A stretch of DNA of 64,000 nucleotides from assembly GCA_965207375.1 (NCBI GenBank), contig CBDBMG010000002.1:352001-416000 (forward strand), written 5' to 3'. A program made the translations under genes and the position numbers. The notes beneath the pieces were generated by a model. It saw nothing but the letters and a program-made list of their open reading frames with translations, had not been told where the DNA came from and made no database searches. This document shows, piece after piece, positions 27,291-39,981 of the stretch; position 1 is the first letter of the stretch; every line of letters starts with the position of its first letter. The stretch comes from Nitrosopumilaceae archaeon (lineage in GTDB: Archaea > Thermoproteota > Nitrososphaeria > Nitrososphaerales > Nitrosopumilaceae).

Positions 27291-30200
27291 ATGCCAAACT
27301 ACACAGAAACAGCCATCTACGTATCTTTAAATATACTGCAGTTGTGCATTGGTTTATGCCACATACCGTATAGAGGGAAACTTTGGCGGGGAAAAACTTT
27401 GGCGAATTTGGCGAATTGCTCAAATTCGCCAAAGTTTAATTCGCCAATTACTTACAATCTTGTCATGTGCAGAACCCGTTGCCCACTGGAAGAAAATGTC
27501 GTCGATTCTTAACTACTTTAAACTCAAGCCTGGGTCGAAAGTGACATCAACGTTGAAGTCCTCAGACGATATTCTCAAGAGTTTACCAGATCCTGATGGA
27601 ACTTTAAGCAAGAGTGTTCCGTCGTCAGCAATAAGAATGGCTAACGATGAAGTGCTTAAACTAGGAAGAAACCTGGGTATGGCAAGCGTAACGGCCGACA
27701 CACACAGTGCCAGTGGTCGACCGAGACCAAATGGATATTTGATGTTAACATCAACTCAACGATGCGAGATTGGTAAACGAGCAGCTGCACATGGAGTTAC
27801 CGCGTCACTTCAGTATTACACGGAGAAGTATCCAAGCCTTCCACTAAAGGAGACCAGCGTAAGAAGGTTTAAAAACCTTTATAAAGAAGCAGTGAAAAAG
27901 AAACTTGACGAAGTTAAAAAAGCTCGAGCTTTCAGTGCCGATGATGCAACTGGCAATCCTAATTGTGAAGTTCACGAGTTGCTTCGTATGAAAACTGGTA
28001 GGCCTTTATTGTTGCGGGACGAATTAGATGGCCAGGTGCAAGAGTATATCAAAGAATTGCGCAGTCGTGGAACAGCAGTGAGTAGTAGTGTGGTGATTGC
28101 TGCTGCTGAAGGCATTGTAATGAATAAAGATGCAAATATTCTGCGTGAAAATGGTGGTATTAAATTGACTGAAGAATGGGCAAAATCCTTGCTGAATAGA
28201 ATGGGCTATGTAAAAAGGAGAGCGTGTAGCAAAGCAAAAATTGATGTGGAGCATTTTAAAGAATTGAAAAGAGTATTTTTGATGGATATTACAAACATTA
28301 TAAGTATGGATGAAATCCCCCCTCAGTTGGTCATAAATTTTGATCAGACAGCAATCAACTACGTCCCCACACCATCTTGGACAATGGAGAAGGAAGGAGC
28401 AAAGAGGGTAGAAATGATGGGGATAGATGACAAGAGACAGATTACAGCAGTTTTTGGTGCATCCCTTTCAGGTGACTTCTTGCCACCTCAGCTTGTATAC
28501 GAAGGAAAGACAAAGCGATGCCTTCCAAGTTACAGCTCTCCCTCAACATGGAACATTACTTATTCGACCAATCACTGGTCGAATGAAGAAACAATGAAAG
28601 AGTACATAGAAATGATCATTTTGCCATACATCAGTAAAATTAAAGAAGATCTGCAGCTTCCTGATGAGCAGGGTGCACTGTTAATTTTTGATAACTTCAA
28701 AGCACAATGCACGTCAACCATTTTAACACTGCTGGATAGCCACAACATCAATGTAGCCCTAATTCCGGCCAACTGCACCGATCGGTTACAGCCGTTAGAC
28801 CTGAGTATTAACAAGCCAGCAAAGGATTTTCTTCGTAAAAAATTTGAAGGCTGGTATGCAAAACAAGTTTGCGCACAGTTAGATGAAGGAAAGCAAAGTG
28901 AAGGTGTTGATTTGAGGCTCACCACTATGAAGCCTTTGGGTGCAGAATGGATGGTGGCACTCCACAGCCACATCAAGAACAACCCTGATCTTGTGAGGAA
29001 TGGATTTAAAGAAGCTGGGATTTTTGACTGCATTTGAACAGTACTATTGGCTACAATAATTATGATTAGTGTATTATACAAATCAATGAAAATATGTAAT
29101 TGACTACAATAATTACTAATAATGGTTTTTGAAACAAAAAGTGTTGATTATTTACAAGTATAATACATGGTAACAGTAATTGACCTACACGTAAGTTTTG
29201 TTGCCTTCATTTGCAAGGGAATAAAGACATTCCACCTTTATTTAGGCATGTAACCAAATGGCCCCTTAGCTCTTCTTGAATAAACTTAAGTTTGCCTGGC
29301 TGTTTTCCAAATGCTATGGCAGTAGCAAATGCAATGGCAAATAAGCCGCAATCTGCACCTCCCTTTTGCTTATGGCAACGGGCAAATTTCAAAGCTACTT
29401 CTGTAGAATTCCACTGGAATGAATTCATGATTACTCTTTCCATTTCCTTATCAGGGTAAGTGAACAAAGAATCATAGACTTTACTTGGCCAATGCTGCTA
29501 TTCACAGTTGAGGCAACAACCCAATGACGTCTACCTTTACAGTAGATTATCTGCACCTTATTTCTGACATCTTTCTCTGTTAGTGCATACCTTTTGTCTT
29601 GAAGCAGTGTAGATTTAAACCCATTCAGATTGGGAAACTGTTTCTTCAATAACTGTTGTGCCAAATTAATCTCTGTGTCAGTTAATTCTTCTCCCATTAT
29701 GATATGTTCTGAGTCTATTAGCTTCATTCTTTTCTTTTGCGGAGACACAGCATTATGTTCAACGGCTTGATCTGACAAATCTACCACAGGCATCAACTCA
29801 GCTCTGTCTTGGACCTCAACAGCTTGATCGTCAGTAGCTCTGTCTTGGATCTCAACAGCTTGATTGTCAATAGCTCGCTCTGTCTTGGACCTCAATAGCT
29901 TGATCATCAGTAGTTCTGTCTTGGATCTCAACAGCTTGATTGTCAGTAGCAAGGTCAGTAGTACTGGTATCCCTAATTGAAAGTGTATCCATTGCAACAA
30001 CAATAGATAAGGTTGCTTCGAGACGCTTTCTGGTCTTATTTGCTTCCTTTTCACTTTCAATCGAAAACACCAACTTGCATGGAATCTCGAGGCCACCTTT
30101 TTCCAAATCTGATGAGAAACAGCGGCTACCGGTTACGCGGCTAATTATTGATCCACCTCGTCTGATAAATATTGAACATATCGAGGATATGTCAAAAGGG

Positions 30201-33200
30201 ACATGTCCTACAACAGCTGAGGCTCTTGAAATTACTTTCATCATTGCCACTGCGTGTGGATCGTGTGAATTCCCAGGTTCGCATCTACATTCCAGTTCTT
30301 CTCCAACATATGGACTGCTCCATATAGTCTGATAAACGTGATAACCTCGAATCTTAGAATCTATTACAAATCTAGAGACCACGCTCATAATGCCACGGCA
30401 AACTGCCCGACTGAAATAATTAGAACACGATAACGTTTTACGGAAACTCGTACGTAACACCGGAATTTATAGCGGTAAGCATGAATGCTTGAATTCGCCA
30501 AAGTTTATTTCGCCAAATGCAATTTAGCTGGCTATTCGCCAAAGTTTACCCCCGCCAAAGTTTCCCTCTATACGGTATAGCTTGTTGCAAGTTGCTATTG
30601 TATGCATATAATACTACTTGTATATCCCCTAGCTATCCGCAACACCTTCACTGAAGACCACAATTCCAGTGAAATATTTGGATATCTTTATACTAAAGCT
30701 ATTATTCATGCAATCAGAAGCCCTTCTCCAATGCTTGCTTCAGATGAAAATCCAACAAGTTCAAGATGGCCCGCGGCCTAGTAAGGCTACTACTCATCAT
30801 TCAAACAGTCCAGGATTTCAGAAAAAACCATCAAGCAACTTGTTGGTCACAAGTGACTTCAGTGGAGTCCACAGTGAACAAGACAAAGTTACTTCCATCT
30901 GTTCCTCTAAACAACTGCCATACACAAATGCATACTCTAAAACAAATAACAGTGTGTCATCAAACTCTATCTGCATTGTTAGCATTGATAATGATAATGT
31001 TGAATCAACCAGAAGGATAAAAGGTGCTACTGCAAATCAGCCATTATGTGTTAGTACTAGTATCACTTCTGTTGCTGTTGAAGAAACTGAAATAGGACAC
31101 AAACAATCATATGCAGTTTTGATTGGACAAAGTGTTAGAACAGTTAACATTAAATTGTACTCTTCACTACCAGTACGGAACAAGTTCATGGTGAAACAAC
31201 GGGAACAGAATCTGTTTGGGAGGACTATTATAAAGCTAGGGTTGAAATCAAACGATGAAAGGTTGGTTTTCCTCATGAATATTGAACTTGTATATTGAAT
31301 ATGTTAATAATTTACTAATATTAACTACTAATTTTATCATTCAAGATGTTTGAGTTCATTTTATTTATTGAATTATCTTTTAATTAATGAAATTTGATTT
31401 ACAGTAAATTTTGTGGCATATATGTGTTTGTTTAATATACAGTTTCTGTATTTTATAGAAAAATGAAAAGCTCAATCTATATTTCATGTAATGTCTAATT
31501 TATTATTTGTAGCTGTGTCAAAGAAGAAGAAGGAGTAATGCAACAATATGTTTGTGATAATGATGTAGAAGCTGATGGCAATTGTACAGGGACCCATCAC
31601 CCAGGAAACAACAGAAGAGCTGGTTATATTATCTACACTGTGAGTCATAGTACACTACAATAATTCTTGATTTTATAATATTTACTAGAATGATAAAAAA
31701 TTAAAAATTTAAAAAGTAAGTAGGGATTGAATTTTGGATTCAATAGTGCTACAAAAAGTAAGGAAACAAGGAATAAGATTTTGGGACGAGAGAACATTCT
31801 GGCATGAGATAATTTATAAAAGGTTAATCCCTACTTTTGGCTTACTTCAGTAGGTTTGCCAAAAGTAGGGATTAAACTTTTATAAATTATCTTATGCCAG
31901 AATGTTCTCTCGTCCCAAAATCTTATTCCTTGTTTCCTTACTTTTTAGCACCATTGAATCCAAAATTCAATCCCTACTTACTTTTTAAATTTTTAATTCT
32001 AGTTTGTTTACTTTTTATACATGCTAAGCATTTAATAATCTTTTAGCAGGCGCACAAAATGTTACAGGTGCTTACGTAATAATTATGCTTGTTTACAGGC
32101 AAGCAGCTGTGTGATAGCAAATAATGCTCGAAAAACAGCAAAAGCTATTTGTCCAAGGCTATAATCTCAAAGTTTAAGGATGTAATGAAGTACACGCAAG
32201 TACACCCGAAAACATCTGCCACTGTAACTAATTATATCATATGCAAGCCAGGTTTTTGTGTGACGCAATAAGCAGAAGCCGTTACAGGCTATCGTCACCT
32301 TCGGTGAGATTCGCACCTTGCTAAGGAATATATAAAGAACAAGGAAAGGAATGAAGGATAAAGGGAATCGCCATGGCGCAGTGGATAAATCGTCTTCAGA
32401 ATAACATTTTTGTAAATCCGCCGCCAATACCTTTATTGTGTGAAATTTCTGGAGCCTTACACCTAGCGCAACCCGGTCTTACGGCAGGAAGGCTGGCAGG
32501 CTGGCAGGCAGGCTGGCAGACGAAATACAGGTGAATTTCAAAATTTTCAAAGTTGGCTGTAGGTCGAAATATTTGATTTGTCGTTTCGTTTAACCAAGGT
32601 ACAGCATCATTACAGCCTTACCAATGGATTCCAGCCAGTTTTTTTGGGTAAAGCCTATTGCAAGGTTGATTTTTGAAGTGCAAAATTTTCCCGAAGCCGT
32701 ACAATTTCCTACCGATCCCTACTTTTAAGTACTACCGTACTTAATGATATGGATTTTTGTGATAATTATTTGTGAGAAAGATATGATTTTGGACAATCCT
32801 CTTATTAAAGATTCTAGATCCTTAAAATAGAAAGTGTCTAGCACCACTCAGTAACTAGCACCACTCAGTAACTAGAACCACTTAGTAACTGCATGTGGAC
32901 TGTGGAGGTGAATTGACAACTCTGATTTTGGAAACTGGATTCTTAAACAGATTCCAGAGTCTTAGCATTATATTGAATGGCATGATATATCCTTCTATTT
33001 AAGGACCTGACAAGCCCTATTTGTTAATGTAAACAATCATGGAAGGAAACAATTAATGCTTGAGCTTCTATTTGCACATAAAAGGCAAATGAATATATAA
33101 ATATGGACTATAGCCATATAATGTACATTTTATATGCATAAATGTCAATATATGGTTATGTCTTCACTATTATAGCGTGACAGAAAATTTCATGGTGATA

Positions 33201-36136
33201 TCAAATACCCACTGCCAAATGAAAAGGCTACAACCTCCAGGATAGGAAAGGGAGGCAACGGGTCGGTATTTATTATATACCATGAGAAGAAGCAGTATGC
33301 AGTTAAGCAGGTATGTACAACTATCACAAAAGAAATCATCCATAATACCGTCTGGCCGGAAAATTTGATGGTAATAAAATTTGATGAAATAGCCTCCAAA
33401 TTGCATAATAAAAATGACGGATTTTAAATTTGACGAAATGCCCGATAAGAAGGCACATAGTATAAGGAAAATTAACATTGACGGATATTAATTTGACGGT
33501 TAGCGAGAAGACCGTCAAACCGTCAAATTAAATTCACCATCAAATTTTCAGGCCATATGGTATCACAAGTGATAAATAACTTTAGTATAGTATTGGACAC
33601 TATGTGTAGTACATTCTGTTGGCATACTAGCTAAGTGATCAAACGTTTGCTGTGGTGAATACAATTCTTTGATATACGGCCGTTCTTATCTTTAACAGAC
33701 TGTATATAGACCTAATGAAGTAAACATTCATTCAGCATTGAGACATGTGAATGTTCTGCCTCTGCTGGCTGTACTGATGGGCACAAAACATGAGAAACAC
33801 TCGGGACGATTCTACTGTTATCATTTTATGCCTAGAATGGATTACGATTTGAGACAAATCTTGTCTACCAAAGAAGTTGGATGTCTTAAATATTTCTACA
33901 GAAACAATTCAAAAAATCGTGCAGTATTTGAAAGAGCTTTTGGTAATGTGAAGTATACACTAAAGGAAACACTGAAAACATTAGTCTTCATACATTCCAA
34001 TGGATATGTTTACAGAGATGTAAAAGGTTAATATATTTGTGTGATAGCCTTGTAGCTACGTATATATATATATATATATCGCAAGTTGAAACTGGTTCAG
34101 GTGATAACTGATTCATCAAAGAATGGCCCATTTTCTTTTGCATTTCAATACATCTGACTGTACAATTATGCATCTGTAGCTACTAAAGAATCTTTTATTA
34201 ATTCCAGCATTCTTTTACAAATGCATATATAATACACACGCACAGATGCACTTGCGCACACACCCTATATGAAGAGATGCATTGGCTGGCATGTTACACA
34301 CGTGCATGCGCACGTGCACACACACACACAAAACTATACATGGAAATATGCTATTTCAAGAGACTGAGTGTCCAGTGGTCTAAAAGTGCCAGTTTCAATA
34401 TAGCTAGCTAGTTATATGTATGTATGCATTATGTATGCTATCTTAGCTAGATGTTATACATTTTAATACATTACTACTAGGTAGATGCAAGTATTAGGCA
34501 TCTTGTACAAAAACCGTGAGTGGTTTTGAAAAAGTAAATATCTGTTAAAAGCTGTGTTCATACAAATATATTGTGATGTTTGATATGGTGCACAGCAAGA
34601 TAACAGACATTATATAGCTATTGATTATAACGATAACTCTGCATAATACAGTAAACCTCTTCAGGACCAGCCATTTCGGTCCATAATTTCTACATTGATA
34701 TATAGCTGTATTGTTCAGGTGCATTGGACGCAAAGTTGTATTAAAATTGCAACTGCAAAAGTATGCATGCACAGAGCTTTTTGTTTTGTATTTTTATTTC
34801 ATTCAGTGTCCTCTAAAAGAGGTTTCGCTGTGTGTTGTGTATGACATACGTATGTGCTGTAGCTACCTGGTAATTATAATTATCTTGTTTTTTATATTAT
34901 ATTTATACAGCCAGCAACATCATGATTAGAATGAACTGCACATGTAATCCTCTATACTGTGACTGTACCTCAAAGTTTCAAGTCAAACTTGGTGACTTTG
35001 ATTCATCAGGAACTGTTCCGGGACTCAATATAAAAGAACCCACTGACCAGTTAATCAAGTTTGCCTCCATTCTGCCATTAGGCACACCTGGATATCGAGC
35101 TCCAGAGGTAAGCTATATTTGTATCGTAATATATAACAGATGATATTATGAGCAATCATTGGTTAGCAGCTAGCAAATGGCATAATAATCAAGAGAAATT
35201 AAACAAGCTTGTTGGGATCTAGCTAGTACAGCCACCTAGCTACTGAGCTTTATATAGCATGAGTATAGAGTTTATATCCATGCCAAAATGTAATACTAAG
35301 TACAGTGTATATTTCTATTTTAGTTTTGTGCTGAACTGCTGACATGGGTCCGAGCACTATTTAGTCCTTATTGCATGCTCTGGCATTATATGATTATTGA
35401 GGACCATTTCATAGTAAATTTACTCATTGCCACTTATTGCTACGTAGCCACTTATTATAATGTTATTTTGCAATAAATCCCACTGCTGCATGTACTCCAC
35501 TGGTAGACAAAATATGTGAAAGATTCCTCTTGCAAAATTTTTATTTGTCAACAAACAAGTAAAACATATCGACGTTAATGTAGCCATGCATAATATAATT
35601 ATATTCATTCATTACACAACAGCGCTATACCATATCTAGTTATGTTACTAAGGTAGCATCTATTAAAATAAGTCACATGTTCTTCTGTCCTGCTTTAGGT
35701 GTCAATGCACATCACTTTATCGGGCCCATACGAGATACTGTATACCACCGCAGTGGATATGTGGTCCTTTGGATGCCTCTGTCTAAATATCTGTATAGGG
35801 AAAACTGCAGCCTTATCACAACGAGAGGTATATAACTAATATGTTTGATTAGCTGCAGCTATTTATAACCTAAATTCTTATCACACAGGAGGCGTCGTTA
35901 TTACTTTCTACTACTCATCACTGTGGTGAGGAACTCTGGACAAAAACTACCAAAGTAACTATTATATTTGTAATCTCAGAATAGCTGATAACAATAATAT
36001 TCATCCATAGGTACATGAGATTCAGAGAACGCAACCATTTAGTAGTGACACTCGTCTACTTAAGTTAATCAAACTTTGTTTACAAGTGAATCATAGAAAT
36101 AGACCATCAGCATTACAATCACAAGCATATCTGTAG
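27291..36136 (+). CDS. Ser/Thr protein kinase, multi-exon, atypical YRD and DFD motifs
   Basis: Exons with consistent phases: 27291-27320 (tentative), 30633-31261, 31513-31639, 33176-33310 (IGKGGNGSV..YAVK), 33699-34026 (LRHVNVL..YVYRDVK), 34911-35107 (ASNI..KLGDFDS..GTPGYRAPE), 35699-35827 (DMWSFGC), 35889-35954, 36011-36136 (CLQVNHRNRPSA..*). Confidence 0.85.
27496..29037 (+). CDS. pogo transposase (HTH + DDE_1), intact, ~513 aa
   Basis: INFDQT...LIFDNF-x35-QPLD triad (DD35D); CENP-B-like HTH region (GRPLLL..ELDGQVQEYIKELR..WAKSLLNRMGY); start taken as ATG 27496 because the longer ORF begins inside the TIR. Confidence 0.9.
   Translation: MSSILNYFKLKPGSKVTSTLKSSDDILKSLPDPDGTLSKSVPSSAIRMANDEVLKLGRNLGMASVTADTHSASGRPRPNGYLMLTSTQRCEIGKRAAAHGVTASLQYYTEKYPSLPLKETSVRRFKNLYKEAVKKKLDEVKKARAFSADDATGNPNCEVHELLRMKTGRPLLLRDELDGQVQEYIKELRSRGTAVSSSVVIAAAEGIVMNKDANILRENGGIKLTEEWAKSLLNRMGYVKRRACSKAKIDVEHFKELKRVFLMDITNIISMDEIPPQLVINFDQTAINYVPTPSWTMEKEGAKRVEMMGIDDKRQITAVFGASLSGDFLPPQLVYEGKTKRCLPSYSSPSTWNITYSTNHWSNEETMKEYIEMIILPYISKIKEDLQLPDEQGALLIFDNFKAQCTSTILTLLDSHNINVALIPANCTDRLQPLDLSINKPAKDFLRKKFEGWYAKQVCAQLDEGKQSEGVDLRLTTMKPLGAEWMVALHSHIKNNPDLVRNGFKEAGIFDCI
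29207..30388 (-). pseudogene. Transposon cargo ORF: HIRAN domain + 12-aa repeat linker + Ulp1/C48-like cysteine protease; two frameshifts
   Basis: HIRAN-like IRGYHVY..W..GEEL.C..EPGNSHDPHAVA..VVGHVP..ISSICS.FI..GG..GLEIPC. Protease LTDTEIN..QLLKKQFP..HWVV..(V)YDS..QKGGADCGLFAIAFA..QEELRGHL. Breaks: GAGC duplication at 29873-29880 and one missing base at ~29481. Confidence 0.8.
31697..32002. mobile_element. ~305-bp palindromic (foldback) element of a second family
   Basis: AATTAAAAATTTAAAAAGTAAGTAGGGATTG...CCCTACTTTTGGC-16 nt loop-GCCAAAAGTAGGG...CAATCCCTACTTACTTTTTAAATTTTTAATT. Confidence 0.8.
33348..33560. mobile_element. pogo-type MITE, TA TSD
   Basis: TA|CCGTCTGGCCGGAAAATTTGATGG ... CCATCAAATTTTCAGGCCATATGG|TA; internal TTTGACG/CGTCAAA motifs. 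Confidence 0.75.
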
Positions 36137-36171
36137 TTATTTCTAATGATTTAGCTATGTTTTTAAATTAC

Positions 36172-36668
<497 letters not shown>

Positions 36669-37024
36669 ATATCACTGCTTTTTGTAAATATTCAAAAACA
36701 GATTATATACTATAAACAAGTCCTGACAAGAAACCTTATATAAAGTATACAGAGTAATAAAATTTTAAAGGGGAGAGGAGGAAGTTAATATTTTGGGTAT
36801 TTCCCTTGTATTCCCCCAAATAACTAATGAACATTATAAAGTATGTGTTATTATAATATAATTGTTAGCTATGTAGGTGGAGAACAGTTGAGAACTTCAA
36901 TGAAGGCTACATCATTGCCATCCTCTACTGTTGATTGATCTACAGGAGAAGACAATTAATATTATAGTGCAAAATATTGTGTATGCTAATAGTGACAGTG
37001 GTCTCCTATTTATAATGTGTGGCC
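36669..37024 (+). repeat. Left arm of an inverted repeat paired with 38624-38955
   Basis: atatcactgctttttgtaaa...ctcctatttataatgtgtggcc is the reverse complement, with mismatches, of 38624-38955. Confidence 0.85.
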
Positions 37025-38955
37025 ACTGTTCACCTCTTGTTGTTTGGTATAATTATCATGGCACATTAACATGAATGAAATCGTTAAAGGCTAATTTTGA
37101 TAAACTGAAGTGTCATAATTTCTTTAAACTTATCCTGAAGATTCATATATCAATATAGCTTGTGTATCTGAAATTTCATTCAAATGATTTAGAGGGGGTC
37201 CGAGTTATGGAAACTATCAACATACAGTGTAAAAGTATCTCTCAAATACATTGAGGTATTTGCTTTATGCTGAAAGTTGTTTGTCTGGTAGAGCATACAT
37301 AGGAGAAGTGTTGATACAAATTTGGTTGAAATCCATGCAGAAATGAGTGAGTTATTAGACAAACAAGTGTATGTACTAAATGAGTGTTTTAAATATAAAT
37401 TCCGGGATTCACACCGGGGGTCACGCAAGCCCACGAAAAGTGTGCGATGAAAATGAAAGAAAGAAAGAAAGAAAGAAAGTAGAAAGAAAGAAAAAGAAAA
37501 CGACGGCCGCGTAAAATTTTTTTACTGGAAGGAGGACTTTATAAGGCTGTATCAGAAGACTGGCTGGTCCGATTTTGATGAACTTTGGGTTACTGATTCT
37601 ACATTAAATGAAGGTACTAATTCTCTAATTAACGAGCGAAAAGGGGCGGGGCAGATGGTTCGTCGTGCGTTGTCGCAAAACGAGCGCCATAAAACTCGCA
37701 ATGGCTGATACTCAGGAATGGAGGCAGCTATTTACTTCATTGTTGGTATATTGATTCTATATAGTAAGAACGTACTAGGTCCGTAATAACTAAGCGGTAG
37801 CTTTTATGGCGGCTTAGTTACAGCGTCTGCGAATTTTTGAGCGGTGCTACCTGTAAATAACTCACTCGTTCGTCGCGTACGGCTGCTTCTTCTTGGCCTC
37901 GCGACTCACTATCGTGAGTCTTGATATATCACCACCAACGGTTTAATAACTTTGGAAAATGACCATCTGGAATTACAGACAATTAAAGCTCAGAAAAGTA
38001 GTGTAGCTACACGATAGAAATGATAGATGACAATGACGATCAAGGTGATATTGGTAGTGAGAGCTGAGAATGATTTAAGTACGTATCTTGGGCTGGCAGT
38101 AGCAGTAGTAGTTGCTGTAGTAGTGCTACTTCAGTATCACTCACCCTGTATGAACCAGCTGGTAACACTACTGCACATGACTAATATACTGTAGCTCAAA
38201 CTTCCTGCATTTCCTCCTGCACTATAGCTAGCTAGCTAAGCAAAGCTATTTAGTATATATGTTATAGCTAGCTAAGCAAAGTTGCATGCATTATATGCAT
38301 AAACAGTAGATAGCTATGGTTAATACTCGACTAGCTATATATAATAATATTATACTAAGCTATACATCAGGTAAAAATGATGATGATTGATGTGAAAAAT
38401 CACTCTAAATACCATTTTAGAGCATACAATTTTCAAAATTTTCCTGGGGGGCATGCCCCCAGACCCCCCTAGATTAAGCCGCTATGCAGCTGAGTTGCCT
38501 TTGGCAACTGTTGTATACTTCTGTCACTCTCAACCTGGTGCAGCCAGGGCCAAGTCTTCCAAAACTTCCTTGGTACCCCTATAATCTGGCCCCACCATCA
38601 ACTTGGGTCTAGCTACGCCACTGGGCCACACATTATAAATAGGAGACCACTGTCCTGTTAGCATGCACAAAATTTATTTATAACATTATAATATATCTTC
38701 TCCTGTAGATCAATCAACAGTACAAGATGGCAATGGTGTAACCTTCATTGAAGTTCTCAACTGTTCTCCACCTATATACATAGCTAACAATTATAGTAAT
38801 ACTTTATATGTTCATTAGCTACTTGGGGGGAAATACAAGGGAAACACCTAAAGTATTAACTTTCAGCTCCTCTCCCCTTTAAAATTTTATTATTCTGCAT
38901 ACTTTATATAAGGTCTTGTTTATAATTGTAATATGTTTACAAAAAGCAGTGATAT

Positions 38956-39362
38956 GCTAAACAAAAACAGCCTGGCTTTAAAAAAAGTGCGAGGCCAATC
39001 AGAAGCCACAATAGCTATAAGTGACCAAAATCTCTGATATCAAGTAAGGCCAAGAAGTTGAACATTTTATTAAGAATCCTTTTACTTGAATGACATACAA
39101 TAGTTTACAGGGCATTTTCACAACTATGATTGGCTTGGTCACTTGGCCACCTTATAAAAGATGATAGTACAAAAAGGTGACCAAGCCAATCATAGTTGTG
39201 AAAATGCCCTATAAACTATTGTATGTCATTCAAGTAAAAGGATTCTTAATAAAATGTTCAACTTCTTGGCCTTACTTGATATCAGAGATTTTGGTCGCTT
39301 ATAGCTATTGTGGCTTCTGATTGGCCTCGCACTTTTTTACAGCCAGGCTGTTTTTGTTTAGC
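38956..39362. mobile_element. ~410-bp palindromic element, copy 3
   Basis: Same family; near-perfect arms. Confidence 0.85.
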
Positions 39363-39364
39363 AT

Positions 39365-39960
39365 CTGCTATTACAGAGATTTTCAAGTACCCTGGTAAAC
39401 AATATCAGATTGAGCCACTAAAAGGGTTAAGATTAAGCACACCATTAAATGTATCTAAACATGTTTACAGATCAAATGAAGCTGTTTATAAACTTTATGA
39501 CAAAGAGGACATTTGTGACAAAGAGAAAGAGCGTATTGAAATGGGCATTTCATACTTGCAGCCAGAGAGGCAGGACTTGAGCAAAGATGGCTGCTTTTAT
39601 ATGTTGAGCTATAACTTTATTAAACAGAAAGCAAGAGAATTGCAATCCAGTAAAGATTATATAGCAATCATGACACTTGAACAGCTTCATGATCATGATC
39701 ATGTGCACTCAGATTTGTGGGAATTAAATCTTTTATTCCCTCAAAATACAAATGAAGCGATGTTAATAGATTTTGACTTGATGGGTACTGTAAACACTAT
39801 ATCCCAATGGTTACAACAGGGTACCTGAGCGGCATCCAGATGCTAAAGCTGGTAAAGAAAGAAAGAAAATTCATGATAAACATGCTCTAGTATGTATAAT
39901 AGAAAGAGTGTTTTTATAATTCTCTTACTGAAGAACAGAAAAAAGAACTACAACTTTACA
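39365..39960 (+). pseudogene. Truncated atypical kinase-like gene fragment
   Basis: VYKLYD...LEQLHDHDHVHSDLWELNLLF...LIDFDLMG, frameshift at ~39800, then YPNGYNRVPERHPDA..KIHD; 5' end replaced by the hairpin element. Confidence 0.6.
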
Positions 39961-39981
39961 AGAATTCGGACTCCTACAACT

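Larger units (their letters stand above)
27366..30575. mobile_element. Full-length pogo-superfamily DNA transposon (DD35D) with cargo gene, in a kinase intron
   Basis: TIR CCGTATAGAGGGAAACTTTGGCGGGG / CCCCGCCAAAGTTTCCCTCTATACGG; TA TSD at 27364-65 and 30576-77; subterminal TTCGCCAA repeats. Confidence 0.93.

Noticed and set aside
27349-27495. N-terminal extension of the 562-aa transposase ORF
   Set aside because: Begins outside the element at a TTG and reads through the TIR; ATG 27496 is the plausible start
28572-29081. Antisense ORFs over the transposase and the CRE ORF (e.g. 60857-61291)
   Set aside because: Shadow frames of genuine coding sequence
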